Origin: an uncultured delta proteobacterium
Lineage (GTDB): Bacteria; Myxococcota_A; Polyangia; Palsa-1104
DNA length: 64,000 nt
Direction of reading: 5' to 3'
Assembly (NCBI GenBank): GCA_963785725.1
Contig: CAWAWS010000007.1
Span: 736,001 to 800,000 of the forward strand
The notes beneath the pieces were generated by a model that saw only the letters and a program-made list of their open reading frames with translations, searched no databases and was not told the origin of the DNA. Both the position numbers and the translations under genes were made by a program. This document shows, piece by piece, positions 1 to 10,334 of the stretch (its first letter is position 1; each line of letters starts with the position of its first letter).

Positions 1-732
1 ACGTCGCGCTTCGATGACGTGGGCGTGTTCGTGACGGCGTTGACGGGGCGGCCGCTGCAGACGCTCGATCGGCTGCGCGCCGCCGGCACGCCGCTGGCAC
101 AGCCGTTCGCAGCCACGGCCGCGGCGCCGTCGTCCGCGTCGGCTCCGGCGGCGGCGAAGCCGAGCGGCAGCAAGACGTGGATCTTCGTGGGCGCGGCGCT
201 GGCGGTGTTTCTCGTCGGTGGCGTCGTGGTGATGCGGATCGTCAAGCCGCCGCCGAAGGTCATCGTCATCTCGAAGTCGGACGAGCTGTTTGCCGCGAAC
301 ACGACGCCGCCGTCGTCGCAACCGGTGGCGGCGACGCCGCCGCCGGTGGCCGCGGCGCCGCCGGCGAACGCCGAGCCGTCGCCGCCGGTGAATCCGCCCA
401 GCGCGGCGACGAAGCCGACCGCGCCCCCCGTCGTTGCGACGAAGCCGGACAAAGGCGAGCCACACGCGACGAAGAAGGAGACGCTGCCGCCGGAGGTCGC
501 GGCCGAGCTCGACCAGGCGGAGAAGGCGATCGACACGAGCCCGCCCGAAGCGGTGCGGCTGGCGCGCAACACGCTGACGACGGCCAAGTCGAGCCGCGCC
601 TACTCGATCATCACGCGCGCGTTCTGCAAGGCGGGCGATCTCGGCAACGCCAAGGCCAACTTGCACAACGTCGGCGGCGATCGCGCCCGCGTCGTCAAAT
701 ATTGCAAAGCCGCCGGCACCGATCTGCAGTGA
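1..732 (+). CDS. C-terminal part of a membrane-anchored protein, probably a Ser/Thr kinase (5' truncated)
   Basis: Frame is open from base 1 (TSRFDDVGVFVTAL resembles the end of a kinase domain), then a TM helix, a Pro/Ala linker and a short helical C-terminal domain. Confidence 0.6.
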   Translation, partial: TSRFDDVGVFVTALTGRPLQTLDRLRAAGTPLAQPFAATAAAPSSASAPAAAKPSGSKTWIFVGAALAVFLVGGVVVMRIVKPPPKVIVISKSDELFAANTTPPSSQPVAATPPPVAAAPPANAEPSPPVNPPSAATKPTAPPVVATKPDKGEPHATKKETLPPEVAAELDQAEKAIDTSPPEAVRLARNTLTTAKSSRAYSIITRAFCKAGDLGNAKANLHNVGGDRARVVKYCKAAGTDLQ

Positions 733-2306
733 AGCGCGCTCCGCTGCTGTGCTTGGCGCTGCTGTTGCCGTCGCTGGCGCGCGCCGCGGGTGCCGCCAAC
801 GATCGCTATGACGAGCCGCCGCCGGCCGCCGCGCCGTCGCCGCTCGTGGCGCGCATCGACGAGCTGGTGGCGAAGCTGGCCAAGGCGGCCCATCGGCCCG
901 TGCCCGTGCGTGACGCGCGGCTGGACGCGGCCGCCGACGAGATCGCGCGCATCGTGCCCGATCGCGCGCCGCCGCCGAACGAGCTGGTGCAAGGCGCGTT
1001 GTGGCTGCACGGCATCGTCGAGCCGCCGCCGCAGCTCTTGTTGACGACGATGGGCGAGCACGAGGACGACGCCTTCTTGGCCCGTCTGGCGAGCGACCTG
1101 CCGTCGGTGTTGGCGCAAGGCCGCTACGCGCGCGTCGGCGTCGGCCTCGAGCCGCTCGGCAACGGCGAGACGCGCGTGCTCGTGGCGCTGCAGGAGTCGT
1201 TCGTGACGATCGCGCCCTTGCCGCGCTCGCTGCCGGTGAACGCGGTCGTGCAGCTGAAGGGCAAGCTGCGCGGCGACTTCCGCAATCCGGAGGCGTTCGT
1301 CACGGCGCCCGACGGCAAAGTGTTGACGCGCATGCCGTTGCGCGGGCGCACGGCGGCGTTCCTCGGCAGCTTCAAGTGCGGTCCCCAAAGCGGCCGCTAC
1401 CAAGTCGAGATCACCGGCGACGACAGCTTCGGCCCCACGGTGCTCGCCAATTTTCCGTTATGGTGCGGCCAAAAGGCGCCGCGGACCTTGCGCGACGTGG
1501 CGCCGCCCGGCGGTCACGACGAGGAGTCGGCGACACCGACCATCGCCGAGCAGACGGCGTTCAGGCTGCTCAACGCCGATCGCGCCCACGCCGGCCTGCC
1601 GCCGCTTATGTGGGACGAGGCGCTGGCCAACGTCGCGCGCGGCCATTCGGTCGACATGATGACGCACGACTTCTTCGGTCACGTCTCGCCGACGACCGGC
1701 TCGGCGCAAGATCGCGTGCGCAAAGCGGGCGTCGACGTGCAGCTGCTCCTCGAGAACGTCGCGCGCGCGTTCACGGCCGGCGAGGCGGAGCGCGGCCTCA
1801 TGAGCTCGCCCGGCCATCGCGCCAACATCCTCAACGGCGACGTCACCCATGTCGGCATCGGCGTCGCCATCGAGAAGGAGTCGCGCGAGCTGCTGGTGAC
1901 GCAGCTGTTCTCGCTGCCGCCCGAGCCGTTCAACGCGCACAGCATCGACGACGTGCGCCGGCAGATGGACGAGCTGCGCCGCGCGCGCAAGCGCAACCCG
2001 CTCGTGCACGAGCCGGCGTTCGACGAGATGGCGCAGGCGATGGCGGCGCAGCTGGCGGCGGGCAAGCTGACGTCGGCCGAGGTCTCCAAGCGCATCGGCG
2101 ACACCATCGGCCACGACGCCGCGCGCTGGCGCGAGGTGCGCAGCCTGGTCGCCGTGGTCGGCTCGCCGTCGCAGGTGGTGCCGACGGCCAAAGACACGCT
2201 AGCCGATCCCAGCGTCACGCACGTCGGCGTCGGCATCGAGCGCGGCCCGCGACGTGAGGGAGGTCACGGCCTTTTCGTGGTCATCATCCTCGTCAGCCAC
2301 CGGTGA
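729..2306 (+). CDS. Secreted CAP (SCP) domain protein
   Basis: GTG overlaps upstream TGA; signal peptide; CAP motifs LNADRAHAGL, ARGHSVDM, ENVA, SPGHRANIL, THVGIG; second degenerate CAP domain at the C-terminus. Confidence 0.85.
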   Translation: MKRAPLLCLALLLPSLARAAGAANDRYDEPPPAAAPSPLVARIDELVAKLAKAAHRPVPVRDARLDAAADEIARIVPDRAPPPNELVQGALWLHGIVEPPPQLLLTTMGEHEDDAFLARLASDLPSVLAQGRYARVGVGLEPLGNGETRVLVALQESFVTIAPLPRSLPVNAVVQLKGKLRGDFRNPEAFVTAPDGKVLTRMPLRGRTAAFLGSFKCGPQSGRYQVEITGDDSFGPTVLANFPLWCGQKAPRTLRDVAPPGGHDEESATPTIAEQTAFRLLNADRAHAGLPPLMWDEALANVARGHSVDMMTHDFFGHVSPTTGSAQDRVRKAGVDVQLLLENVARAFTAGEAERGLMSSPGHRANILNGDVTHVGIGVAIEKESRELLVTQLFSLPPEPFNAHSIDDVRRQMDELRRARKRNPLVHEPAFDEMAQAMAAQLAAGKLTSAEVSKRIGDTIGHDAARWREVRSLVAVVGSPSQVVPTAKDTLADPSVTHVGVGIERGPRREGGHGLFVVIILVSHR

Positions 2307-2397
2307 CGGCTGCTATTTGGCGGGGAAGCTTTTATCGGTACGTTCGTACATTGAATTTGGCGCACGAGCGTCTTAGCCTTTGTAGACGGAGGGCAGT

Positions 2398-2883
2398 ATG
2401 GCCGGACAGTTCGTGGTCACCCGCGGCGGACGCGACAATTTCTGCACCGAGGCCGAGCTGCGCTCGCTGGCGGAGCGTGGCCTCGTCGACGCGGGCGATC
2501 TCGTGTACCACCCCGTTCTCGGCCGCTGGCTCTACGCGCGCGAAGTCGAGGAGATCCGCGCGCCCATGACGGCGCTGGCGACGCTGGGACGCTCGCCCGA
2601 AGCGCTGGCGCTCATCGGCAAGCCGGCGTCCGGCCTGCAGCCGGTGCCGGCCAACGGCGAGGCGGTGGCCGGCTTCATCCTCGGCATCATGGGTCATCTG
2701 CCGCTGCTCGGCTTCTTCTGCTGCTTGGCCGGCGTCTACTTCTCGTCGCGCGGGTTGAAGCGCGCGGCGGCGCTGGGCCAGCAGGGTCACGGCCTCGCCG
2801 TCGCCGGCATGGTGTTGTCGATCGTCTTCCTCGTGCCCGCGACCGCCTTCAGCGCGCTGCTCCTCGCCACGTTCCTCGGGTAA
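2398..2883 (+). CDS. DUF4190-like membrane protein
   Basis: GGAGG SD; C-terminal TM pair ending GHGLAVAGMVLS, typical of DUF4190. Confidence 0.65.
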   Translation: MAGQFVVTRGGRDNFCTEAELRSLAERGLVDAGDLVYHPVLGRWLYAREVEEIRAPMTALATLGRSPEALALIGKPASGLQPVPANGEAVAGFILGIMGHLPLLGFFCCLAGVYFSSRGLKRAAALGQQGHGLAVAGMVLSIVFLVPATAFSALLLATFLG

Positions 2884-2893
2884 GGACCCGCAT

Positions 2894-3205
2894 ATGCAAA
2901 CGACTGAGACGCCCGCGAAGCGCTGGACTCCGCCGCCGTTGGCTTTCTTTATTCCGGTCTTCTGCTGGCCGTTCTTCAGCGGCTGGCTCAATCGTCAACA
3001 CGCGCTCGGCATGTTCGCGCGAATAGCGTCGATGGCGCTGTTGAGCGCGGTGACTTATGCGCTGATGTTCGTCGTCGTCCGTCGCATTGGTCGCGATCGG
3101 CCGTGGCGGCCGCCGTCGGAATGGTCGATCGGGCTGCAGTTCGTGGGACTCGCTGTCGGGTGCGCGCTCGCCGAGGTCGCTGCTCACGCAATCTTTCCGC
3201 GTTAG
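2894..3205 (+). CDS. Small hypothetical membrane protein
   Basis: AAGGA SD after upstream stop; three hydrophobic segments. Confidence 0.6.
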   Translation: MQTTETPAKRWTPPPLAFFIPVFCWPFFSGWLNRQHALGMFARIASMALLSAVTYALMFVVVRRIGRDRPWRPPSEWSIGLQFVGLAVGCALAEVAAHAIFPR

Positions 3206-3208
3206 CGA

Positions 3209-5260
3209 CTAGGGTTTGACGAGCGCGGCCAGCTGCGCGCGGTCGTCGTCGACGGTGGCGGCGCCGGGGCGACGGCCGGCGACGAGCAGCGTCGGGCCGT
3301 GCTCCTCGAGCACCACCGCGTCGGCGATGTTGCCGTGCGCGACGCCGGCCGCGTGCAAGGGCGCCAGCGCGCGCACGAGCAGCGCCTCCTCGCGCGCCGT
3401 CAGCGTCGGCGGCCGCGGCGTGCGACCGGCCACCGCTTCGTAGACCACGCGCAACAGGCCGTCGCCGATGGGCTCGAGCCGCAAGACGCGCTGCAGCCGC
3501 GCGCCGCCGAAGCGCGCCAGCGCGCGCAGCCACGGCACGTGCGGCGCGTCGGCGGCGACGGTCTCGAGCACGACCTCGCGGCCGAGGCGCGTGTCGGTCG
3601 CCTGCGTGAGGCCGCCGGCCAGCGTCGCCGTGACGACGTAGCGCTCGCCCGCTGCACCGCTGGCGACCGGCTCGGCGCTGGCCGCGATCGTCGCCGAAGG
3701 TGCGGGCGCGGTTGCAATCGGCACGGCGCGGACGGCGTTGCGCAGCTCCTCCAGCGACGAGAAGCGCTCGTGCGGCACCTTGGCCAGCGCGCGCGCGACA
3801 ATCGCATCCCACGGCGCAAGCTCGCGCGACAGCGACGACGGCGCCGGCGGCCGCTCGCTCAGATGTTGCCCGACGAAATCGGGGCCGCCGAACGGCAAGC
3901 GACCGGTCAGCGCCTGAAACAGCGTCACGCCGAGCGCATAGACGTCGGCCGCGAAACCCAAATGCGCGCCCGTGATCTGCTCGGGCGACATATACGCGAG
4001 CGTGCCGATGAATCCGGCCGTCTGCGTCGCGCCCAAGTCGACCAGGTGGGCCACGCCGAAGTCGCCCAGCTTGGCCTCGCCCGACGCCGCGAAGAAGATG
4101 TTCTGCGGCTTCAGATCGCGGTGGATGACGCCGTGCGCGTGCGCGGCTTCGAGGCCGGCGAGGACTTCGAGCGCCCAGCTGCGCACGCGCGCCGGCGCCA
4201 TCGGCGTGGGCGTTCCCAGGCGATCGGCGAGCGTGCCGCCGGCCATGTATTCCATCGCCAAGAGGCCCAAGTCCTCGTGCGACGCGATGACGGAGACGAT
4301 GTTGGGATGGCGCAACGCGCTCACGACGCCGGCCTCGCGCAGGAAGCGGCGGTAACCCTCGGCCGAGCGCGCGTCGACGGGCGGCGCGACCACTTTGACG
4401 GCGACGTCGCGGCCGCTGAACTCGTCGCGCGCCAAGTAGACGCGGCCCATGCCGCCCGAGCCGAGCAGCTTGGCGACGCGATAGCGGCCGCCCAAGCGCG
4501 CGCCCGAGTCCGTCGCGGCGGCGCGCTTTTCGAGCGCCACCAGCGCGTCGAGCGGCGGCAGGCTGGGATCGGCGGCGCGCAGCGGATCGAGCACGGCGCG
4601 CGCGGCGTCGCGATAGCCGAGCGCCGCCAGCTCCGCGACCAGCAGTCGCTTGGCCCGCGTCGCCGCCGCGTCATCGACGACGACGGGCGCATCGTTCGGG
4701 GCGACCGGCGGCACCAGCGCCTTTTGCAGGTGGCGCGCCGCTTCGTCGTGACGGCCGAAGCCGGCCAAGATGCGGCCTAACGCCAAATGCGCGCGCGGCG
4801 CGTCGGCCGAGTCGGGCTCGCTCGCGAGCAGCTTCTCGTAGGCGATGCCCGCTTCGCGCACACGACCGAGCGTCTCGTCGAGCCGCGCGGCTTCGAGCGG
4901 CTGCTGCGCCTGCACGTACAGCACGCGCGCCTTTTCCAGCTGACCCAGCCGTTCGCGCAGCGCCGCCGCCTCCGCCCACATGCGCCGCCGCTCGTACGTC
5001 TCGGCGCCGCGCTCCTGCTCGACCGGCGTGCCCGCGTGCAGCGACTCGCCGACGACCGCCGCCTCCGTGAAGTCGCGCGCCTCCAAGAGCAGCCGCAACA
5101 GCTCGGGGCGATCGCCGCGCTGCCGTGCCACCGCCGCCGCGCCGCGCCAGTCCCAAATGCGCTCGTACAGCTGCTGCGCGCGTGCCAGATCGCCCAGCCG
5201 CAGCGCTTCGGCCGCTGCCTCCGCGTACTTGCCGTTTGCGATCAGCTGCTCGATGTCCAT
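3209..5260 (-). CDS. TPR-containing Ser/Thr protein kinase
   Basis: N-terminal TPR-like helices; GSGGMGRV, VAVK, HRDLKPQN, DFG, YMSPE. Confidence 0.92.
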   Translation of the reverse strand: MDIEQLIANGKYAEAAAEALRLGDLARAQQLYERIWDWRGAAAVARQRGDRPELLRLLLEARDFTEAAVVGESLHAGTPVEQERGAETYERRRMWAEAAALRERLGQLEKARVLYVQAQQPLEAARLDETLGRVREAGIAYEKLLASEPDSADAPRAHLALGRILAGFGRHDEAARHLQKALVPPVAPNDAPVVVDDAAATRAKRLLVAELAALGYRDAARAVLDPLRAADPSLPPLDALVALEKRAAATDSGARLGGRYRVAKLLGSGGMGRVYLARDEFSGRDVAVKVVAPPVDARSAEGYRRFLREAGVVSALRHPNIVSVIASHEDLGLLAMEYMAGGTLADRLGTPTPMAPARVRSWALEVLAGLEAAHAHGVIHRDLKPQNIFFAASGEAKLGDFGVAHLVDLGATQTAGFIGTLAYMSPEQITGAHLGFAADVYALGVTLFQALTGRLPFGGPDFVGQHLSERPPAPSSLSRELAPWDAIVARALAKVPHERFSSLEELRNAVRAVPIATAPAPSATIAASAEPVASGAAGERYVVTATLAGGLTQATDTRLGREVVLETVAADAPHVPWLRALARFGGARLQRVLRLEPIGDGLLRVVYEAVAGRTPRPPTLTAREEALLVRALAPLHAAGVAHGNIADAVVLEEHGPTLLVAGRRPGAATVDDDRAQLAALVKP

Positions 5261-5290
5261 CGCCGCAAAAGTATGCTACGCAAGCGCCCG

Positions 5291-6157
5291 ATGCAGCGCA
5301 CAATCGGAGTCATCGGCGGCTCGGGCCTGTACGAAATCGAGGGGCTGACCGCCATCGAGCGGATCGCGCTCGAGACGCCGTTCGGCACGCCGTCGGACGA
5401 GTTCATCGTCGGCCAGCTGGGCGACGCGCGGCTCGTGTTTTTACCGCGTCACGGGCGCGGACACCGCATTTTGCCGCACGAAATCAACTTCCGCGCCAAC
5501 ATTTGGGGCATGAAGAAGCTGGGCGTCGACTGGATCTTGTCGGTCTCCGCCGTCGGCTCGCTCAAGGAAGAGATCGCGCCCGGCCACATCGTCATCGTCG
5601 ACCAGTTCATCGACCGCACCAAAGCGCGCCAGTCGTCCTTCTTCGGCGAGGGCGTGGCCGGTCACGTCGGCTTCGGCGATCCCATCTGCGGCGACTTGGC
5701 GGCGCACGTGCTCGCCGGCGCGAAAGCCGCCGGCGCCAAAGTCCACGACGGCGGCACCTACGTCGTCATGGAAGGTCCGATGTTCTCGACGCGCGCCGAG
5801 TCGAACCTCTATCGCAGCTGGGGCGCGAGCGTCATCGGCATGACCAACCTGCCCGAGGCCAAGCTCGCCCGCGAAGCGGAAATTTGCTACTCGACCATCG
5901 CCTTGTCGACCGACTACGACTGCTGGCACGAGTCGGAAGACGACGTCACCGTCGAGCAGGTCGTGGCGATCGTCAAACAGAACGTCGCGCTCGCCAAGCA
6001 GATCGTGAAGAACGCCATCGAGCGCATCCCCGCGGAACGTGTTTGCAAATGCAAGGACGCGGCCGCGCACGCCATCATGACGGCGCCCGAAGCCATTCCG
6101 GCCTCGGCGCGTGAACGACTCGGCATCATCCTCGATAAATATTGGAGCGCGCGCTGA
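5291..6157 (+). CDS. mtnP: S-methyl-5'-thioadenosine phosphorylase
   Basis: IGVIGGSGLY, FLPRHGRGH, EGPMFSTRAES, IGMT, TDYDCW motifs. Confidence 0.93.
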   Translation: MQRTIGVIGGSGLYEIEGLTAIERIALETPFGTPSDEFIVGQLGDARLVFLPRHGRGHRILPHEINFRANIWGMKKLGVDWILSVSAVGSLKEEIAPGHIVIVDQFIDRTKARQSSFFGEGVAGHVGFGDPICGDLAAHVLAGAKAAGAKVHDGGTYVVMEGPMFSTRAESNLYRSWGASVIGMTNLPEAKLAREAEICYSTIALSTDYDCWHESEDDVTVEQVVAIVKQNVALAKQIVKNAIERIPAERVCKCKDAAAHAIMTAPEAIPASARERLGIILDKYWSAR

Positions 6158-7089
6158 TGACTGCGCATGGACACAACGGACTCGTCGTCGTCGGCTCGGT
6201 GGCGCTCGACTCGGTGGAAGCGAACGGCGCGGTGCACGACGACGTGCTCGGCGGCTCGGGCTCGTTCTTCTGCACGGCGGCGTCGCACTTCGCGCCGGTC
6301 AAGCTGGTGGCGGTCGTCGGCGAGGATTTCCCGCCGCAGCACCTCGAGTTCTTGAAGAGCCGCGGCGTCGATCTCGGCGGCGTCGAGAAGCGTCCGGGCA
6401 AGACCTTCCGCTGGAAGGGCCGCTACTCGGCGGATCTGGCGTCGCGCGAGACGCTCGACACGCAGCTGAACGTGTTCGCCGACTTCAAGCCGGTCTTGCC
6501 GGCCGATTGGCGCGACGCCGAGTTCTTGTTCTTGGGCAACATCCATCCGACCTTGCAGCTCGACGTGTTGCAGCAGCTCAAGCAGCCGCGCTTGGTCGCG
6601 ATGGACACGATGAACTTCTGGATCGAAGGGCAGCCGGCGGCGCTCGCCAAGGTGCTCGAGAAGGTCGATCTGCTCGTCATCAACGACGAAGAGGCGCGTC
6701 TGTTGTCGCGCGAGCACAACCTGCCGAAGGCGGCGCGGGCGATTCGCGCGATGGGGCCGAAGACGGTCATCGTCAAGCGCGGCGAGTCGGGCGCGCTCTT
6801 GTTCCACGAGCACGGCGTGTTCGCGGCGCCGGCGTTTCCGCTCGAGCAGGTCGTCGATCCGACGGGCGCGGGCGACACGTTCGCGGGCGGCTTCGTCGGC
6901 TACTTGGCGCGCGTGCGCGACTTGTCGCCGCAGGCGGTGCGGCGCGCGATGTTCTACGGCAGCGTCATGGCCAGCTTCTGCGTCGAGGATTACTCGCTCG
7001 ATCGGCTGCGCACGCTCGTCGAAGGCGATGTCGAAGGCCGCTACCGCGCGTTCCGCGATCTGACGCACTTCGAAGACGTCCGCCTCTAA
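6157..7089 (+). CDS. PfkB family carbohydrate/nucleoside kinase
   Basis: VVGSVALD, LGGSG, DPTGAGDTFAGG; TGATG coupling to mtnP. Confidence 0.9.
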   Translation: MTAHGHNGLVVVGSVALDSVEANGAVHDDVLGGSGSFFCTAASHFAPVKLVAVVGEDFPPQHLEFLKSRGVDLGGVEKRPGKTFRWKGRYSADLASRETLDTQLNVFADFKPVLPADWRDAEFLFLGNIHPTLQLDVLQQLKQPRLVAMDTMNFWIEGQPAALAKVLEKVDLLVINDEEARLLSREHNLPKAARAIRAMGPKTVIVKRGESGALLFHEHGVFAAPAFPLEQVVDPTGAGDTFAGGFVGYLARVRDLSPQAVRRAMFYGSVMASFCVEDYSLDRLRTLVEGDVEGRYRAFRDLTHFEDVRL

Positions 7090-7106
7090 ATCCCAGCGCT
7101 GTTCAT

Positions 7107-8627
7107 TTAGCGGTTCGCGAGCGTCAGCCGCACCTCCGGCGGCAGCGCGCGCGCGTACTCGCGCAGCCGCGCGCGCGCTTCGGCGGCGGTGGCCGCGTCG
7201 CGCGTCCAAATCTGCACCGTCGGCACCGGCAGCACGAAGTTCGTCGTATCCACCGTCAAGTCGGCGACGTGCAGCCAACCTTGGCCCGTCGTCAGCGCAT
7301 TGGGAAACGCGTAGATCGCCGCCAGATCGACGTGCTCGCGCTGCGCCAGCGCGACCAGCTGCGGCGCGGCCGCGGGCGACGTGAGCGCGCGCCGCGCCGT
7401 GTCGCTGCCGAGGCCGAGCAGGTCGAGCACGTAGGCGTCGGCGCCGAGGCTGGCCAAGCCGAGATCGTCGATGGCGACCGGCCGCCGCCAGAGCTGCCGC
7501 GTAAAGCGCGCGACCTCCGCCGGCTGCAGCATGATGTCGTGCGAGGCGATGGGAAAGCCGACCAGCGGCAGCGTGTAGATCGTCGCCAGGATGCCGCCGC
7601 CGTACAAGAGCGCGCGCCGCGACCGCAGCGCCGGCAGCGGCCCGCGCGCGAGCAGGACGCGGCACGCGTCGGGAAACAGCGCCGGCAACAGGCCGAGCAC
7701 GTACAAGAACAGGAAGACCTCGTAGCGACCGTACCAGGCCACGAAGATCATCTGCGTCGCGTAGACGATCACCGTCGCCACCGGCAGCACGAACGGCAGC
7801 GCGCGGCGCGGCGCGGCGCGCAGCCGCCACGCCGGCCGCAGCGTCGGCAACAGGCAGACGACGATGACGACCGGCACGCTGTGCTCGACGAAGCTGCGCG
7901 GCAGCCGCGTCGCGATCTTCACCAGCACCGACGACGGCAGCGGCGGCAGCCCATGGCGCATGAGCCACGCGCCGAAGGCGACGACGCCGAGCCCGCCGAG
8001 CGCGAGCGGCACGAGCGTGATCGGCCGGCCGCGCGACCAGGCGAACGCCACCGCCGACAGCGAGATGAGCGCGCCTTCGAAGCGCACCAGAGGCAAGAGC
8101 GCGATAGCGACGAGCAGCCAGCGGTCGACTTGGGGCTTTGGCTGGTCGTCCCGCGCGAGAATGAGGAGACCGCGCACAATCAATAGCGTCAGTAGGCCTT
8201 GCAGCGAATGCTCGAGCCCGGTCAGCGCCACGCCGACGACGTTGCAGCAGACAATGATGACGATCGTCAGCGAAACCGGCCGAGCGCGCGGCTCGCCCGG
8301 CACCGAAAGCGCGCGCTCGAGGATGGCGTAGATGAGCGCCGTCTCGCCGAGCACGAGCCCGATATCGAGCACGAAGGGCACGAGCACGAACGCGCTGAGA
8401 GGCAGCCACGCGAACGGCGCGAGCAGGAACGGCCACAGCACGCTCGACGACGGCGACGAGAATTCGCCGGCGTTGATGCCGTAGCCGCCGCGCGCGATCT
8501 GCTGGGCGACGCGCAGGTGAATGTAGGGGTCGTCGAGCGGGTAGAAGAAGTGGCCGTGATTGCGCGCCAGCATGAGCGCGGTGGCGATGGCGACGATGAG
8601 CGCACAAGCCGCGACCGAGCGGGCCAT
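7107..8627 (-). CDS. Polytopic membrane protein, GT-C-like glycosyltransferase
   Basis: LDDPYIH motif after the first TM, GLEH, VRFEG, DLLGL; many TM helices. Confidence 0.7.
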   Translation of the reverse strand: MARSVAACALIVAIATALMLARNHGHFFYPLDDPYIHLRVAQQIARGGYGINAGEFSSPSSSVLWPFLLAPFAWLPLSAFVLVPFVLDIGLVLGETALIYAILERALSVPGEPRARPVSLTIVIIVCCNVVGVALTGLEHSLQGLLTLLIVRGLLILARDDQPKPQVDRWLLVAIALLPLVRFEGALISLSAVAFAWSRGRPITLVPLALGGLGVVAFGAWLMRHGLPPLPSSVLVKIATRLPRSFVEHSVPVVIVVCLLPTLRPAWRLRAAPRRALPFVLPVATVIVYATQMIFVAWYGRYEVFLFLYVLGLLPALFPDACRVLLARGPLPALRSRRALLYGGGILATIYTLPLVGFPIASHDIMLQPAEVARFTRQLWRRPVAIDDLGLASLGADAYVLDLLGLGSDTARRALTSPAAAPQLVALAQREHVDLAAIYAFPNALTTGQGWLHVADLTVDTTNFVLPVPTVQIWTRDAATAAEARARLREYARALPPEVRLTLANR

Positions 8628-8696
8628 CCGCGGCGACGATAACATGCGCCGCCGAAGGCTGTCGACGACGACGCCGCCGCGCGGTACACCTCGGCC

Positions 8697-9188
8697 ATGA
8701 CCCCAGCGGCGCTGCCCGAGCTGCAGCATCGGTTCGCGACGACCTCGGCCGACGAGACGCAGGCGCTCGCCGAGCGGCTCGGGCGATTGGCGGCGGCCGG
8801 CGACATCATCGCGCTCGCCGGCGACTTGGGCGCGGGCAAGACCGCGTTCGTGCAAGGCTTGGCGCGCGGCCTCGACGTGCGCTCGGCGCGCGTGGCCAGC
8901 CCCAGCTTCACCATCGTCAACGAGCACGCCGGGCGCTTGCCGCTCATTCACGCGGATCTGTACCGCCTCGCCGATCCCGAAGAGCTGGAGGAGCTCGGTT
9001 TTCGCGACTATCTCGGGCGCGGCGCCGTCGTCGCCGTCGAGTGGTTCGAGCAGGCGCCCGCTGCGCTGCCGTCAGAGCGACTAGAAGTTCGGCTCGTGGC
9101 GACGGCGCCGGAGACGCGCGAGATCGACGTGCGCGCCATCGGTGTGACGGCGATCGAGCGGCTGCGCGCCTGGATCGGCCCGGCCTGA
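8697..9188 (+). CDS. tsaE: tRNA threonylcarbamoyladenosine biosynthesis ATPase
   Basis: GDLGAGKT, SPSFTIV, HADLYRL, VEW. Confidence 0.95.
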   Translation: MTPAALPELQHRFATTSADETQALAERLGRLAAAGDIIALAGDLGAGKTAFVQGLARGLDVRSARVASPSFTIVNEHAGRLPLIHADLYRLADPEELEELGFRDYLGRGAVVAVEWFEQAPAALPSERLEVRLVATAPETREIDVRAIGVTAIERLRAWIGPA

Positions 9189-9200
9189 TAAGATGACGGC

Positions 9201-10313
9201 ATGCGCATCCTTTATGGCGTCGTCGGCGAGGGCATGGGCCACGCCACCCGCAGCATGGTCATCCTGCGTCACCTCGTCGATTCGGGCGCGCACGAGATCG
9301 AGATCGTCGTCTCCGGTCGCGCGCACGCGTTCTTGCGCAAGGCGTTCCCGACGCTGAAGGTGCACGAGATCGCCGGTCTGACGATGGTCTACGAAGACAA
9401 CGAAGTGCAGCGACGGAAGACGGCCTTCGACATCTTCAAGAAGCTGCCGGCGTTCGCGGAGAACTTCGAGACCTTCACGCGGCTGGCCGAAGGCTTGCGG
9501 CCGGAGCTCGTCATCAGCGACTTCGAGAGCTTCGCCTATTTGTTCGCCAAGAAGCACGAGCTGCCGGTGATCAGCATCGACAACATGCAGATCATCAATC
9601 GCTGCGCGCTCGAGGTCGAGATTCCCGTCGAGGAAGAGGCCAGCTTTCAGATGGCCAAGGCGATCGTCAAAGCGAAGCTGCCGCACTGCGATCACTATCT
9701 GATTACGACGTTCTTCTTTCCGCCGCCGCGCAAAGAGCGGACGAGCCTGTTTCCGCCGATTCTGCGCGACGGCGTGCTCGACGCCGTGCCGTCCGACGGC
9801 GAGCACGTGCTCGTCTATCAAACCTCGGACAGCTTCCACGATCTCGTGCCGACGTTGCAGCGCCTGCCGGGCAAGTTCTTCGTCTACGGCCTGAAGCGCG
9901 ACGAGCAGCTCGGCAACGTCACGCTCAAGGGGTTCTCCGAAGACGGCTTCGTGCGCGATTTGGCGTCGGCGCGCGCGGTCTTGGCCGGCGGCGGCTTCTC
10001 GCTCATGGGCGAAGCGGTCTATCTGCATAAACCGCTATTGGCGGTGCCGCTCAAAGGGCAGTTCGAGCAGACGTTGAATGCGCTCTATCTGCAGAAGCTC
10101 GGCTACGGCGAATATCACCGCGAGCTCGACGAAGCGCGCATCAAAGCGTTCCTCGATCGCACGCCGGAATATGCGCGCAATCTGCAGGCGCATAAGCAAG
10201 ATCGCAACCGCGCGATATTGGCGAAACTGGATTCATTGATCGCGGAAATAAAGGTCAAAGGCCGATTGGTATCGCGCGGCGCCGAGCCGCGTGAGGACGA
10301 AATCGAGGAGTGA
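9201..10313 (+). CDS. MJ1255/VC2487-like GT-B glycosyltransferase
   Basis: ILYGVVGEGMGHATRS, ISDFE, GGFSLMGEA, GQFEQTLNA. Confidence 0.85.
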   Translation: MRILYGVVGEGMGHATRSMVILRHLVDSGAHEIEIVVSGRAHAFLRKAFPTLKVHEIAGLTMVYEDNEVQRRKTAFDIFKKLPAFAENFETFTRLAEGLRPELVISDFESFAYLFAKKHELPVISIDNMQIINRCALEVEIPVEEEASFQMAKAIVKAKLPHCDHYLITTFFFPPPRKERTSLFPPILRDGVLDAVPSDGEHVLVYQTSDSFHDLVPTLQRLPGKFFVYGLKRDEQLGNVTLKGFSEDGFVRDLASARAVLAGGGFSLMGEAVYLHKPLLAVPLKGQFEQTLNALYLQKLGYGEYHRELDEARIKAFLDRTPEYARNLQAHKQDRNRAILAKLDSLIAEIKVKGRLVSRGAEPREDEIEE

Positions 10314-10334
10314 GCGAGGGCCGCGGCCGCGGCT

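Noticed and set aside
5914..8607. Long alternative-frame ORFs (this 897-aa one, also 15260..17323, 30609..32984, 53212..55359 and the 5' part of 17944..21195)
   Set aside because: Arg/Ala-rich shadow frames of recognisable genes, expected in high-GC DNA; no motifs
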